DNA from: Vicugna vicugna
Lineage: Eukaryota
NCBI GenBank assembly: GCA_013265495.1
Contig: MU058718.1
Coordinates: 2,999,779 to 3,063,778, forward strand
Length of the DNA: 64,000 nt
Direction of reading: 5' to 3'
Part shown: in pieces, positions 52,290-64,000 of the stretch
Layout of the letters: each line of letters begins with the position of its first letter
Numbering within the stretch: the stretch's first letter is position 1
Made by a program: the position numbers and the translations under genes
Notes under the pieces: generated by a model
The model's database searches: none
The model's input: the letters and a program-made list of their open reading frames with translations, nothing else
Told to the model about the DNA's origin: nothing

Positions 52290-52558
52290 AGTGAGTTTCC
52301 ACTATTTTAGAATTAGGAACATCACATAAATATTCAAATCTGGGGCTTCTTTTGAAAAAATCAGAAGCTCTGGCACCACTGGGTTTCCCATCGGTATGAG
52401 TGGGGCTCTGCAGTGACTGCCCGTTGGGGGGGAGAGGACACTCCAGTCTGGCAGAGAGACTCCAGCGGGTTTACATCTACATCATGTCCAGTCCAGCCCA
52501 TTTCTCCTGTAAAATCCCCACCAGGTCCCTGGAGGCATCAGAGTTTGTGCCTATTGGC
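52290..52558 (+). mobile_element. MER102-like hAT-Charlie element
   Basis: tcacataaatattcaaatctggggcttcttttgaaaaaatcagaagctctggcaccactggg...ggcatcagagtttgtg. Confidence 0.7.
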
Positions 52559-53119
52559 AGAGGATCCAAGTAACACTCATTACCCTTGTAACCTCTTTGC
52601 CCAGTTTCTGAAAACATTGCACTTAAAGCCCCCAAAGACAAAGCAGCTTTTAGATTTACAGTGCTGAGCTTGTCCAAACAGGATACCAATTCTAAGTCTG
52701 TGTGCAGTTCTAGAATGAAAAGTTATGACAGACAGGAGTCACCAATTCATGTTAGTAAAGATCCACCTTAGTAAAGAACAAGGTTTTTCTTCCATGTAAA
52801 CTTTTTTTGTGTGTGACAGTTTATCAATAAATTTCCCCCAGTTAAGGAAAATCCAACATGGAAAACTCAAAATTTACACAAAAAAATACATAGGATATGT
52901 TTGCTTATTTATTCCATATATGGAATGTAGGCCATAATTTCAGACCATTTCAATGAGGGACACATGGAAGTCATCCAACAGAACACGTGACTCCAAAGAG
53001 GTCCAGCAAAGGAGTGCTAAATGGTGTGGGTGGCACCTGGGCCAAGCAAACCGGGAAGGAATTCAAAGCATCCATTCTGCATGTTCAATGTGCCGAGTAC
53101 TAAGGAAGGCAACCTGCAG

Positions 53120-53320
53120 TTCCATGAGGAAACTGAGCCTTAGGGAGGCACAGAAAACTAGCATTTGGTGAACACAGCCTGCTTGCGAGGCATGGTACCA
53201 GGTGCTCTCACAGACGTTATGAAAACCGCCCAAGGTCATACCAGCAGTAAGTGGGAGAGCTGAAATTCAAACCCAGGTTATCTGACTTCACGTCCAGGGC
53301 TTCTCCAACTCACTGTGCCG
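53120..53320 (-). mobile_element. MIR fragments
   Basis: atgaggaaactgagc; gcccaaggtcataccagcagtaagtgggagagctgaaattcaaacccagg...tctgact. Confidence 0.75.
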
Positions 53321-53580
53321 CCCTGCTCCTACCTCCACGCCCCCAGCCGTGTCTCAGGAGCTCGCTCGAGCTGGGAATCAGGGATGCTGCCTCTTTAGCT
53401 GCTTTTTGGCACCTCAATATGTCATATACTGAGCTAGGTGCCAGGAATCCAAAGACCATAGGGGCATGGCCCCTGTCTTCAGAGCACCCTCCTCCGGCAA
53501 TCAGACCCGGAATATAAACACCTCCTAGACACAATGATAAGCTCTTTAAATGGATTAAATGTCACAAGCCTGCATTACAT

Positions 53581-53737
53581 CAGCGATTCTCAAATGTTGA
53601 TGTCAATACAAATCACCTGGGTTATCTTATTAAACTGCAGATTCTGATTCAGGTCTGGGTGGCCAGATTCCCTATTTCTAATTAGCTCCTAGTGATGCTG
53701 CTGTTGCCAGTCCTTGGACCACACTTCAAAAGCCAAG
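53581..53737 (+). mobile_element. MER5A/B hAT-Charlie MITE
   Basis: cagcgattctcaaa...aatcacctggg...gcagattctgattcaggtctggg...gtgatgctg...ggaccacactt. Confidence 0.85.
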
Positions 53738-55861
53738 CTTTTATAGTACATCAAGATGACATGGAAGCCTGGACTTCTGAACACCAGAAAGAGTCAATCT
53801 TCATACATTCCAAAGTAAATATACCCCCACCAAATGCACTTTTCTTTTCCTGCTTCAGGGAAGCATATTCACAGAAGTGGTTTTGGCATTAACTTGTATC
53901 TCCCCTATCTCCCCCACGCTTCCCCTTCCAAAACTTAGGAGTTCAGTTAAATTTTTTTTTTTCTGTTTCATACAGCTTCACCAATTTTCTCTCAAGAGAG
54001 GCAAACTGTGGCTTCAGAAATCCATTGAGAATGAGAAGCACTTCTAACAAGGGGCGGGGCTCCAGAGCTAACTACCCTAAGCCTGCAGGTTGCATTAGGA
54101 ATTCATCATGATCACGTTTGCCTTGTACTGCGGACCCGCAGAGGCACCTGCAATTAATTCCGATGGCTACAAGCCACAGGGAACCTAACAACTTGTGGGT
54201 GATTAAGAATGAATTATGAATCTTTCATTGAAAAGGTCCCAGGAAGAAAAATGGGGACAGATGCCAGACATGTTTACATTACTTATAGGGCTTGTGAGCG
54301 CTTTCATTGTTAGCCATTGTGAGCACTTTCATTGACTTTCCGGCAATGCCTCTTTTTAATTTTTTCATATTTTTAAGTGGCACTTGTCCTTTGGGGCCAT
54401 GGTTGGACAGCCTTAGTGCTACTTTTGCAAATAATGAGAATTCTTTTCTAAGACCCAGAAATCTTTGGGTGTCATGCTTTCCTAGGAGAAAAGAAACTGG
54501 TAATGATTTCCACTATTTGATGTTGGGCACACATTTTATTTTTCAGTAAAAGATGATTTCACAGCCACACCTCATTAACATGCTGTATATTTCAAAATGA
54601 ATATTACAGGACATTATTTACCAATCCTGGATCGGTACACAGTTTCTAGTTCAATCACAAAAGACTCAAAGAAATTTTTTTTCAGGGCCACCCAGCGTGC
54701 AGTCCAATCTCAAAATCTTTGGGAAATATGCCCACACTCCAAAATGCTTACAGATGTGCCTCTTTTTGGTAAAATGAACTCCCCTATTTGGTGTTTCCTT
54801 AGCACCATCACAAGATTATTACATCATACTTAATGGTGATGATAAAGGTGAGCCTCACAATGACTAAAAACAAATCACATTTGGGTCAGACGCTGTAAGA
54901 AAGAAAGTTCTCAGAGGATAGAAAAATGGTTTACTTATATCAGTCCATAGTAATAAGCACTGTAGAGCTCTCAATATCCAGCGTCAGAAGATGCATTTGG
55001 CGAGGGCACGCCAGGCTAGGATGTGAATCATGGGCTGCCACTCCAAGACTATTACAGAATGTGCATACGCTATAAACCAGAAAAGGCTGCGTTTTAACCT
55101 CTGTGACTCATGCGTTATAGCCTGTGGCTTCAACAGTTGGTTAGGAATCAGGATGACACTGGGTGCAGGCTGAACAAACTTGCAGCCAAGAGAAACAGAA
55201 ACAGCAGCTCCCCAGCAGAAACACATGATGCCCAGGGCCTCTTACACTCCCTTAGATGCTAGAATTATGAAACCTGTCCGTGGTGGATACTTTGGGCTAG
55301 AGGGGATTGTGCCTTTATTTTTTTTTTGCCCTGGTGTAAATATTTAAACTTCTCTATAACATTTGAATTACAACTTACTTTCCTGGAATGAAATTCTAAA
55401 ACTAATTGACAGCCAGTCTGCAGAATTTCGACATGCCTATAGGTATGTTTCTCTTATGGAAACCCAAAGCTTTTATCTCTCTCAGTTTTCACTGTTAGTG
55501 CTTCCCAAACCTCTAAGAGCTAAGGGTTTCTGGTTCTCAGTTAACAAGGAAGGCATCAAAAACATACTAGGAAGACTCACCTATTACCTGAATGTCAATT
55601 TGAAATCTGCCTGCAAGAGGTGTTAGACAAATTTTTGTCAGCATTTGCTTTGAAACACTCCTTTACCTGGGTTTCTCAAAATCGATTCCCTCTAGAGATC
55701 CTATCCCTATGTATGCTTCTTGATAACTAAGGTCTTTAATGGCATCAGAGATACTCTAGGCTGAAACCCAGCCTGAGAAGGTTTTTGTCAAGCAGTGTGA
55801 TATTCTCTACACGTGTACATGAGTTATTGTCAATATCTGTTCAACTATAATAAAGATGATT

Positions 55862-56310
55862 TGTGGTGGACAATTGTTTTGTGGTTGTGAACATCCATCT
55901 CATCTTCCTAGTGTGATAGCACCCCAATTTTTTGGAGGGTGAATTATCTCCACCCTATTAGGGACAATCTGTTGAGAGGCAGGTCTCAAACTACAGTCAG
56001 GTGTGTTCAATCAGCGTGAACTTCAGGAGTTTTGCAGCAACTGTAAGAAAAATCATTTCCTGGTGGGCATGATTTTGGAAAGACTTTCCACTTGAAAGGC
56101 AGCGTTTGGATCTGCTGGGGCTGCCCCATGGAGCCTGGGAAAGAGGTTAACACAGCAGAAGGCAGAGAAATTCAGCATCAAAAGAGTCCTGCAGCAAGCT
56201 GTGTTTGAAAACAGACCTCTCCCAGGATTTTTACTTCCGGAACTAATAATTCACTTTTTGGCTTAAGATACTTTCAATCAGGAATTCTATGATTTGTTAC
56301 AGAAATCCAA
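55862..56310 (+). mobile_element. LTR16-like ERVL LTR
   Basis: tgtggtggacaattg...atagcaccccaattttt...aataattcactttttggcttaag. Confidence 0.55.
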
Positions 56311-56719
56311 AATTGTCAGATTTTTCCACCAAGTGGGAAAAATTGTTCATTTTTGTGTCACTTGCTATTTATAATGAAATTTCCACAAGCTGTCTCAAGG
56401 AAGACAAAGGAGGGGGTCAACACTTGGAGTTTAGGTATAATCCCGTTTTCATTTTTTCATGACTTTCATTCTTTTCTTTTTCTCTCTCATCTAATATTTT
56501 GTCAGGATTAAAATGCTAATAAGCACTTGGAATGAGTTGGTTAGGTTTTCATTGCCTTTTTTTTTTCCTGTCTGAGCTTAGTTTCTGGTGTGCTGCTAAT
56601 AAAATTGTCAAATTGGGGCAAAAGGAAAAACAGAACATAGATGATTTATCGATCTGATAAATAAACAATTGAGACTTGGTTGCAATCATTTTTAAAAACA
56701 GATGATGATCATAATAAAA

Positions 56720-56817
56720 ATAATAATAGCTAGCCTTTCTTGAATGCTTTCTGTATGGGGAACATGATACAAAGTGGTTGACATTAACTCATTTTATCCT
56801 TCAATCTATCTGGGAGG
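56720..56817 (-). mobile_element. MIR SINE (left piece; probably continues about 57810-57880)
   Basis: aataatagctagcctttcttgaatgctttctgtatg...attaactcattttatcct. Confidence 0.65.
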
Positions 56818-57803
56818 CAGTGGTGTGCTGGCAAATCAATTCTAGGGGATGGTGAGTGATATTTTAATTTATAATATGAAATATATATTTGGTCTTGCCC
56901 TTGTTTCTAGTACAGAGCTCCTAAAATCCTTGGACTTTAAGTGCTGAGAGTGACAAAGGTGTCTTTAGTTATGTTAATGAGGTGACTTTTGGAATACTCC
57001 CATCACCTAAGGATGAGGGCTGGCCAGCAGAGGAACCAACCACTTGATTAGAGGGTTGGAACTTTCAGTCCCATCTCCCTGACCTCTGGGGAAATGGGGA
57101 GGGCCTGGAAGTTGAATCAATCACCAATGGCTAATGATTTAATCAACCACGGCTTTGTAATAAAGTCTCCGTAAAAAACCTACAAGGACTAGGTTCAGAG
57201 AGCTTCCAGGTTGGTGATCACATGGAGATTTGGGGAGAATGGTATTCTAGAGAGGGCATGAAAGCTCCACACCCCTACCCGTCCCACACACCTCGCCCTG
57301 TGTGTCTCTTTCATCCTGCTGTCCCTGAGTTATATTATTTCATAATAAAACAGTAATCCAGTAAGTAAAATGTTTCTCTGAGTTCTGTGAGTCACTCTAG
57401 CAAGTTAATTGAACCCAATGAGGGAATCTTGGGAACCCCTGATTAAGCCGACCAGTCAGATATCGGGGTGGGGGCAGTCTTCTAGGACTAAACCCTTAAC
57501 CTGTGGAATCTCATGTAGATAGTGTAAGAATCGAGTTGAATCACAGAATCCCCAGCTGGTGTCCAAAGCATTGCTTACCAGTATGAGGGAAACCCCTTCC
57601 CACCACACACACATGGAAATTGGGTCCAGGAACCTAATTTAGGGAGGGAAACCTGATTTACAGAGTTCGCCAATTTCTGTGGTATAGATACTCCCACCAT
57701 GGCTGGTTTCAAGTAGCCAATGATTTAAACGTTGGCTTGAAATTCTTTCGTCCTTAACAATTAGCCTTTGGCAGCCAGTCTATCCGAGACTAACACAGGA
57801 CTG
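56818..57803 (-). mobile_element. MER63-like hAT-Blackjack element split by an LTR
   Basis: Left end cagtggtgtgctggcaaat; right part ctgatttacagagttcgccaatttctgtggtatagatactcccaccatggctggtttcaag. Confidence 0.75.
56853..57640 (+). mobile_element. MER21-like (MER21C) solo LTR
   Basis: gtgatattttaatttataat...cagagctcctaaaatccttgg...gattagagggttggaactttcag...gagagcttccaggttggtga...ctgagttctgtgagtcactctagc. Confidence 0.88.
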
Positions 57804-59039
57804 GGGGAACCAGCTTACCTAAACCAGCAGTTTGTAAACTGAGGTTTGTCCTACTCCAGAGCCCACACTCAGTCTCTGCACCCCTTTCCAATGGAGCAGG
57901 TTTTCACTGTTTATTTGAGAAAAGTATATGGGAATGCAAAAACATTTCAAATGTACTTTGCATTTAGATAAATTATACTTAGTGGGGCTATTTAAAGACC
58001 ATTTGAATATTCTATATTTTATGGATTCAAGAGCAATAATCTATATTAAATATGACATTTGTGCTAACCACTGAGTAACAGCCACCAAGCCCTTCAGCTA
58101 CAGAATGTTTTGAAGATAATCTTTCTATGTCTAATATGTCTGGGAATGTTAATGAAAACTGAAGAAATGATTTAAAAAGAACAGAGTAGCAATTAAGGAT
58201 GATTTATCAGCATGTTTCAGCCCTAAACATTGTCCTATTCAAGTGTTGCCATGTTTCTTAATCTTACTATAAGCCTTTTCAAGATGTTTTCAGACAATTT
58301 ATGTGTGGATTTTGAGCCCATGAAAAATACTGAGTTATAACCAGGGGATTTAAAATCATCGTACTTGTGTGTATGTGTCTATATGTGCAAGTGTGTGTGT
58401 GCATTAGTAGCAAATATTCCCATACTATGGAAAATTAAGTAAATTATAACTGATAAGATGTTACCCACAGTAACTCCCTTTCATCACCCATGCAGGCCTG
58501 ACTACAAAGTCTTTCTTGGCTCACAAGTAAAGGATTCTGCATATATTGTTTATTATTTCAATCTAAATCTGAAAGCCACAACAAAGTCAAATTGACAGCA
58601 ATTGTAAACATTAGATAATTGACATCATTGCACAGCAGAGCTATTAGAGTTCACTGGATAACAGGCATGAAGGCACTTCAGAAAATTCAAGGCAGTGTAC
58701 AAATGTGAGGAATTAGTATTGAGTAAAAAACAAAATCTCAAAAGGTAAATTTCTCAACAGCTCAACAGATTTATAGCAAAGTAGAAACTTCCCTACTAAA
58801 TACATATAATAGAAGAACTGATAACCAAATGTAGCTCTAGGATCTATATATTTTCTGTGTAATTTAAGAAGCATCATTTTAGCTTTTAGGAAATTTGATC
58901 ATACCTCTATCCCCTACCAAATGTATAGAGAAAAAAATTCTCTGTAGGAAGTAAGATAGAATTTTATATGTGAATATTTATGTCATTTCTTAAGTTATAA
59001 AAACCTCATACCATTAAAAAATTGTTAGCTTTATTTAGG

Positions 59040-59302
59040 TAAGATAATCATATTGAGATTGTATTTTAGAAAGAGTTCTTATTTGTTGGGAGTTACATAA
59101 TAAAATATTTAGAGATGAAATAATATGGTGTCTGAAATTTGCTTCAAAATATCTGGGAAGGGAGATGTGGCTAGAGGGCACGGATAAAACGAGATAGCCA
59201 TGGGCTGACAGAAGTGAATCTGTGCTGATGGGCACATGGGGTTTGTTTGCTAGTCAAAGAGTTGCTGTATGTCTGACACTTTCCACAATAAGTGTTTAAG
59301 AA
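59040..59302 (+). mobile_element. Old L1 (L1MC/ME) 3' end
   Basis: atatttagagatgaaataatatggtgtctgaaatttgcttcaaaata...gatgggcacatgggg. Confidence 0.75.
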
Positions 59303-59419
59303 AACTCACCTCATATTAATATTTGAAACACTGCAGAACGTTCTGTGGGCTGAGTAAAACGATAGGAGAAGAATTCACTGCCAAAATATCCATTTTTACT
59401 GACCCGACTGACGGGTTTT

Positions 59420-59767
59420 TGTCCATTCTAGTCCAATCCACTCTCATATTGCTGCTAGAATTATATTTCTAATAATTAAATTTGTTTGTGAAACACCCTT
59501 CCTCAAAAGACCTCTTTTGAGGCCCCATTGCCTAAAGGTACAGTCAGTGATTCTTTTGTAACCCCACCACACTTTGCTCTTAATTCTCTTACAGAAACTT
59601 TCTGTGTGGTAGGACCTTTTTCTGCTCTCACGTTTTTGTCTCCTGCAAGACACTGAGATCCACAGGGACCGAGAACACATCTTCTTATCTTCCTATCTTC
59701 AGTGTTTGGCACATTATCTGGCATATGGTAAGATGCTCAATAGATTCTTGGTGAATGAAATGAATGT
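59420..59767 (+). mobile_element. L2 3' remnant
   Basis: ccaatccactctcatattgctgctaga...tggcacattatctggcatatggtaagatgctcaata...gaatgaaatgaatg. Confidence 0.75.
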
Positions 59768-60169
59768 GAAATACAAATAGATTATATCAAAGTAAATGTT
59801 TAAAACAATGGAACCAAAATAGGTAAGTAATGATGACTAGACACTTAGTAGTTAGTTGCTTGTTGTATTTTTTCTCTAACTCTTCTAAATAATGCATGAA
59901 AGTGATTTATAATCAAAATTAAAGGTAAAACAATACTTTTACAAAAGTTAAAGTATCTTTAAACTGAAAAAAGCACACGTTCATAAAATGTTTCATTTCA
60001 TTGCTACTTTTAGATATACACAGCTGAAATAATTCAACTACTAGGAAGAGACTATCCTCAACAGATAGTAATGCTATCTAGCAGTTCTCTCAATACAGGA
60101 GTGAATTGCTTCAGTGAATAATCATAATCAACTTGGGTGCTTTCCCACAAGAAAAAAAAAAAGAGAGAG

Positions 60170-61216
60170 GGAGAGAAATAGATAAATTGGATTTCATTAA
60201 AATTTAAACACTTTTGTTCATTCAGTGATACTATCAAGAGAGTAAAAAGACAGCTCAGAGAATGAGAGAAACTATTTGCAAATCCTGTTTCTGACAAGGG
60301 TCTAGCACGTAGAAAATATAAAGAACTTCTACAACTCAACAACAAAAAGGCAAATGACCCAGTTGAAAAATCAGCACAGGACCTGAATAGACTTTTCTCC
60401 AAAAGAGACATATGAATGGCCAGCAAATACATGAAAAAAATGCTCAAAGTCATTAGTCACCAAAGAAATGCAAATCAAAACCACAAGGAAATATCACTTC
60501 ACACCCACTAGCAAGGCTATAATAAAAACAAGAGCAACAGCAATGATATAACAAGGGTTGATGAGGATGTGGAGAAATTAGAACATACACATGTTGCAGG
60601 TAGGAGTGTAAAATGGTGCAACCACTGTGCACAAGAGTTTGGCAGTTCCGTAATGAGTTAACACAGAATTAGCACATGACCTAGTAATTCCATTTCTAGG
60701 TATACACCCCAAATAATTGTAAATAAGTATTCAAACAAAAACCTTTACACAAATGTTCATAGAGATGCTATTCATAATAGACAAAGGAAGAAACACCCAA
60801 ATGTCTATCAACTAATGACTGGATTAAAAAATGTGGTATGTCATACAATGGAATATTATTCAGCCATGAAAAGAAATGTAGCACTGATACATGCTACGTC
60901 ATGGATGCACCTTGAAAATATGCTGAGTGTAAGAAGCCAGATATAAAAGGCCACACAGTGTATGATATCTGTAGGAAATATCCAGAATAGGCAAATCCAT
61001 AGAAACAGAAAGCAGATCAGTGGTTGTCAGAAGCTGAGGGGATTTGCAGTGACTGCATCATGGGTATGGGGTTTCCTTTTGGAGTGATAAAAATGTTTTG
61101 GAAATAGACAGTAGTGGTGACTGCACAACACGGTGAATATACTAAGTGTTACTGAAGTCACACTTTTAGATGGTTAAATGGTAAAGTTTATGTTATGCGT
61201 ATTTTACCAAAGTAAA
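60170..61216 (+). mobile_element. L1MB-like element (end of ORF2 plus 3' UTR)
   Basis: gaaatgcaaatcaaaaccac...gtgtaaaatggtgca...atggaatattattcagcc...atccagaataggcaaatccatagaaacagaaagcag. Confidence 0.93.
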
Positions 61217-61839
61217 GAATGATGTGTTCTTGGTCCAACATCTAGATATTCTATTCTGGGGCTCCTCATATGGGGCTTGGGTGTATGTAGATAAGGACCC
61301 AGGTGATCTGGTACAGGTGGCCGATGGCACTTTGAGGAACATTGATATATTATTTCTACAGTTATTTCATTACTCCATGATAAAAGCCTCATACTATATA
61401 ATTTAGCACCAAGAATGTCTGAGACATCACTTATAACTCTCCAAAAGTTCTTACTTCTTAAGATGGGAAACAGCAACTTTAATGATACTTCTCTAGGGCC
61501 GGCTTATATAAGCAAGCATATCATCGCCCGACTCAAAATTTCCCAGGACATCTGGGGCCACAGTCCTGTTACATAATCAAAGCTCATCTCTCCTATGCTG
61601 CGATATCCTTTCCCTCTCTCTCATGTTTTCAAAACTTTTTTTCTTTCTACTGTTTCCCTCCTCACAGCCTAAAACCATGTACACATTTCTGTATCCTAAC
61701 AAGGGATCTTCCTTGACCTCTGCTCAAATCTGTACTGAGCCAAGAATCTTGAAAAGCCAGTGGGTGCCTTCTCTCTCCACTTCCCTCTGCATTCCACCTC
61801 CCCACCCCATCCTGATTTAATCCTTGGGAAAACCGTAGG

Positions 61840-62135
61840 AGATCTGTATTGTTTTTATTCCATACTACTATGAAGAAGATAAGTCTTCGGATGGTTAAGT
61901 GACTTATTCAAGGTCATACAACTAGCAAATGGTAAAGAAAAAAAAAAAGCAACCTCAATCTCTAGATTCCAAGCTCCTAGGCAGATCAAGATTATAATAA
62001 ACTCTACCAGGATATAGGCTCCATGAGAACAGGATTTCTGTGTCTTAAATTAAAACAAAACAAAACAGTGAATACTGTTCTTTTCCTTGAATCTAGAAAT
62101 GTACCTTAATTGATGCTCAATGAATATTTATGATG
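61840..62135. mobile_element. Adjacent MIR (-) and L2 (+) remnants
   Basis: ggttaagtgacttattcaaggtcatacaactagcaaatgg; tataggctccatgagaacagg...atgctcaatgaatattta. Confidence 0.6.
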
Positions 62136-64000
62136 CGAAACAGTATATAAATGATAGGCAAGGCTTTGAGAGTAGAGGAAATCTAAGGGAAAAAAATCAA
62201 AGTTCAGTGGTCTTGACCCATTTAGAGATGTAACAGTTTGCAAATTAGCAAACTCAAGTAAAGTCATCCTGATTTGGAGGTCTGCCACCATCTTGTCCCA
62301 GGGAATTTTGTTATGTAGCAACTGGAAACTTGCCCATGAATATTCAAAAAAACCTCTGGTATGAAACACTTGCATCTAATCTGCTGACAGAGACTGAAAG
62401 AGTTCAAAAGAAAGGACTCCAAATTGTGACTTAGTTCTTTTATGAGAGGTATTCGGACATAGGAAGGAAGATAAGAGAGTGTGGGTTTTTGCGTGTTTAC
62501 CTTAACCTATTAGCCTAAGGAAGTATCTAAATGCATTTGAGTGTTGTGCTTTTTATAAACTTCCTCTTCCATTCTTGTTTCAATGTAAATGCCTAGTATT
62601 TTAAAATTTCCTTCGAGAAGGTTTTTTTAAAACCACAGCTATTAAGATATATCTTTCACTTTTGAATCATTTTCCTTTAAATATTATTTTGTTGACGGTA
62701 AAATAATGATTTACTTATGCAACTTATCCATAATTAATTAATTATCTATCTTAAACAACTTAGAATAAATATTCTAAATATTTGCACCCTGTGGCATAGG
62801 AGACAGAATGGAGGTATGAGAATCAGGATGAAATAAAAAACATGACACATGAGCTTAGTTCACTGTAAAATCTAATTTGCAAAATTGACTTGGCTTGCAT
62901 TGTCTTCTTAAGACGGTCTAATTTTCACTGAGTCTCACACTCTCAGCTAGGTTTTGTGCTAGATGGTGGAGATAAACAGACAAAGCAAGGTGTTCCCTAC
63001 CATGATGGTCTTGCAGCCTCATAAGGTAATGTTTCACTACATCTGAAAGATCTCAAAACTCCTGGAATAAAACCCTTTTTTAGATGTTGAAGGATCATCC
63101 AGAACACGGCTCAAAATGAAAAATCTCTACTCCTCAACCTTCGTTCACTGCAGGCAAACATTTTCCTTCTGTTTGGCCTGACAACTGGAACATGGATTTC
63201 AAGAATAGAACAGGAAGGTCATCACACACGAACAGGGCTGCAGGACCACCTCACCTTTGCGTCATCTTCCAGACCCCTTAGCTCCTCTTGCCTGTGTTCT
63301 CTGTTACCCTTAACCTTAAGACTTGCACCTGAAACACCAGAGTTGAACCCCAGACTTCCAAAAGAATTCCAGTTAAGGAACAAAACCATGTGATAACTAT
63401 TGTCAGCGATATCTAGGAAGCACTCAGAGTGGGCAGTGGTCGGAAGGCTCTGGAGCACTCTTTCAGGAGGCCAGAGCACAAAGTGTGTTCTCGGTTGCAG
63501 TGTTCCAAGGAAATACTTTTCTAGCTAGTCACTGGAACAGCTGGTTGGGGATTTCCCTATTTTCGTTAGACTGAATTAATCTGGCAAGAAAAACAGATGA
63601 ATCTTTAAAACCCTCCTCTCCCCCTCCCCCCAGCAAGTCAGCTGTACCTCGGGAAAGGTAAAAAGCAAACAAGAAGCCAGACTGGTTATTCATCTACCAA
63701 TGACTCAGATGACTGGGTCTTCCTTTCTGGGTTTCCACCACCACGTAAGGAGATTTATGGGGGAAAAAGAAAACAAAATCCATGTTACCGGCTACACACT
63801 CAGTGCCTCTGCTCTCCAAATTCCAAATTCCATTCCAGAACTTAATTCCCCAGATGGAGGACAGATTGGTTATACAGATGGTATGTGCCCCACCTTCAAT
63901 TTGTTCCTCCACCCATCCCCTTCACCCAGCCCAGAGTTCTTAATGATGGCTACATTTCTCCAATGCTAACCATTCATTCATTTTTTTTTCCATTCAACAA

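Noticed and set aside
52911..52926. Perfect 16-bp palindrome attccatatatggaat containing a CArG box
   Set aside because: One or two palindromes of this length and several CArG boxes are expected by chance in 64 kb of AT-rich DNA, and there is no supporting context
55060..55130. Possible pre-miRNA (gctataa...ttatagc) around an AP-1 site
   Set aside because: Only a 7-bp stem with a poorly paired interior, and no match to a miRNA I know

Overview
This is eutherian mammalian genomic DNA, most likely camelid (alpaca, vicuna or camel). The assignment rests on two tRNA-Ala-derived SINEs of the Vic-1 type and young cetartiodactyl-style L1 3' UTRs; I saw no Alu, B1, Bov-tA/BovB, PRE-1 or Can-SINE. 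I recognise no protein-coding gene, and the ORF track consists of chance ORFs and L1 fragments. The window reads as intergenic DNA or a large intron. It holds L1, L2, MIR, hAT, Tigger and MaLR/ERVL fossils and microsatellites, separated by multi-kb repeat-poor stretches, some with retained CpGs and clustered transcription-factor motifs. I found no support for a novel biological system. Best-supported oddities: a near-perfect 133-bp tandem duplication, a tail-less and internally deleted L1 segment with apparent TSDs, a decayed 5S rRNA fragment, an inverted SINE pair, two L1 tails truncated at the same point, and a three-level nested insertion. The most speculative lead is a set of minus-strand exon-like segments. 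Repeat subfamily names come from recalled consensus sequences, and most boundaries of old repeats are approximate.
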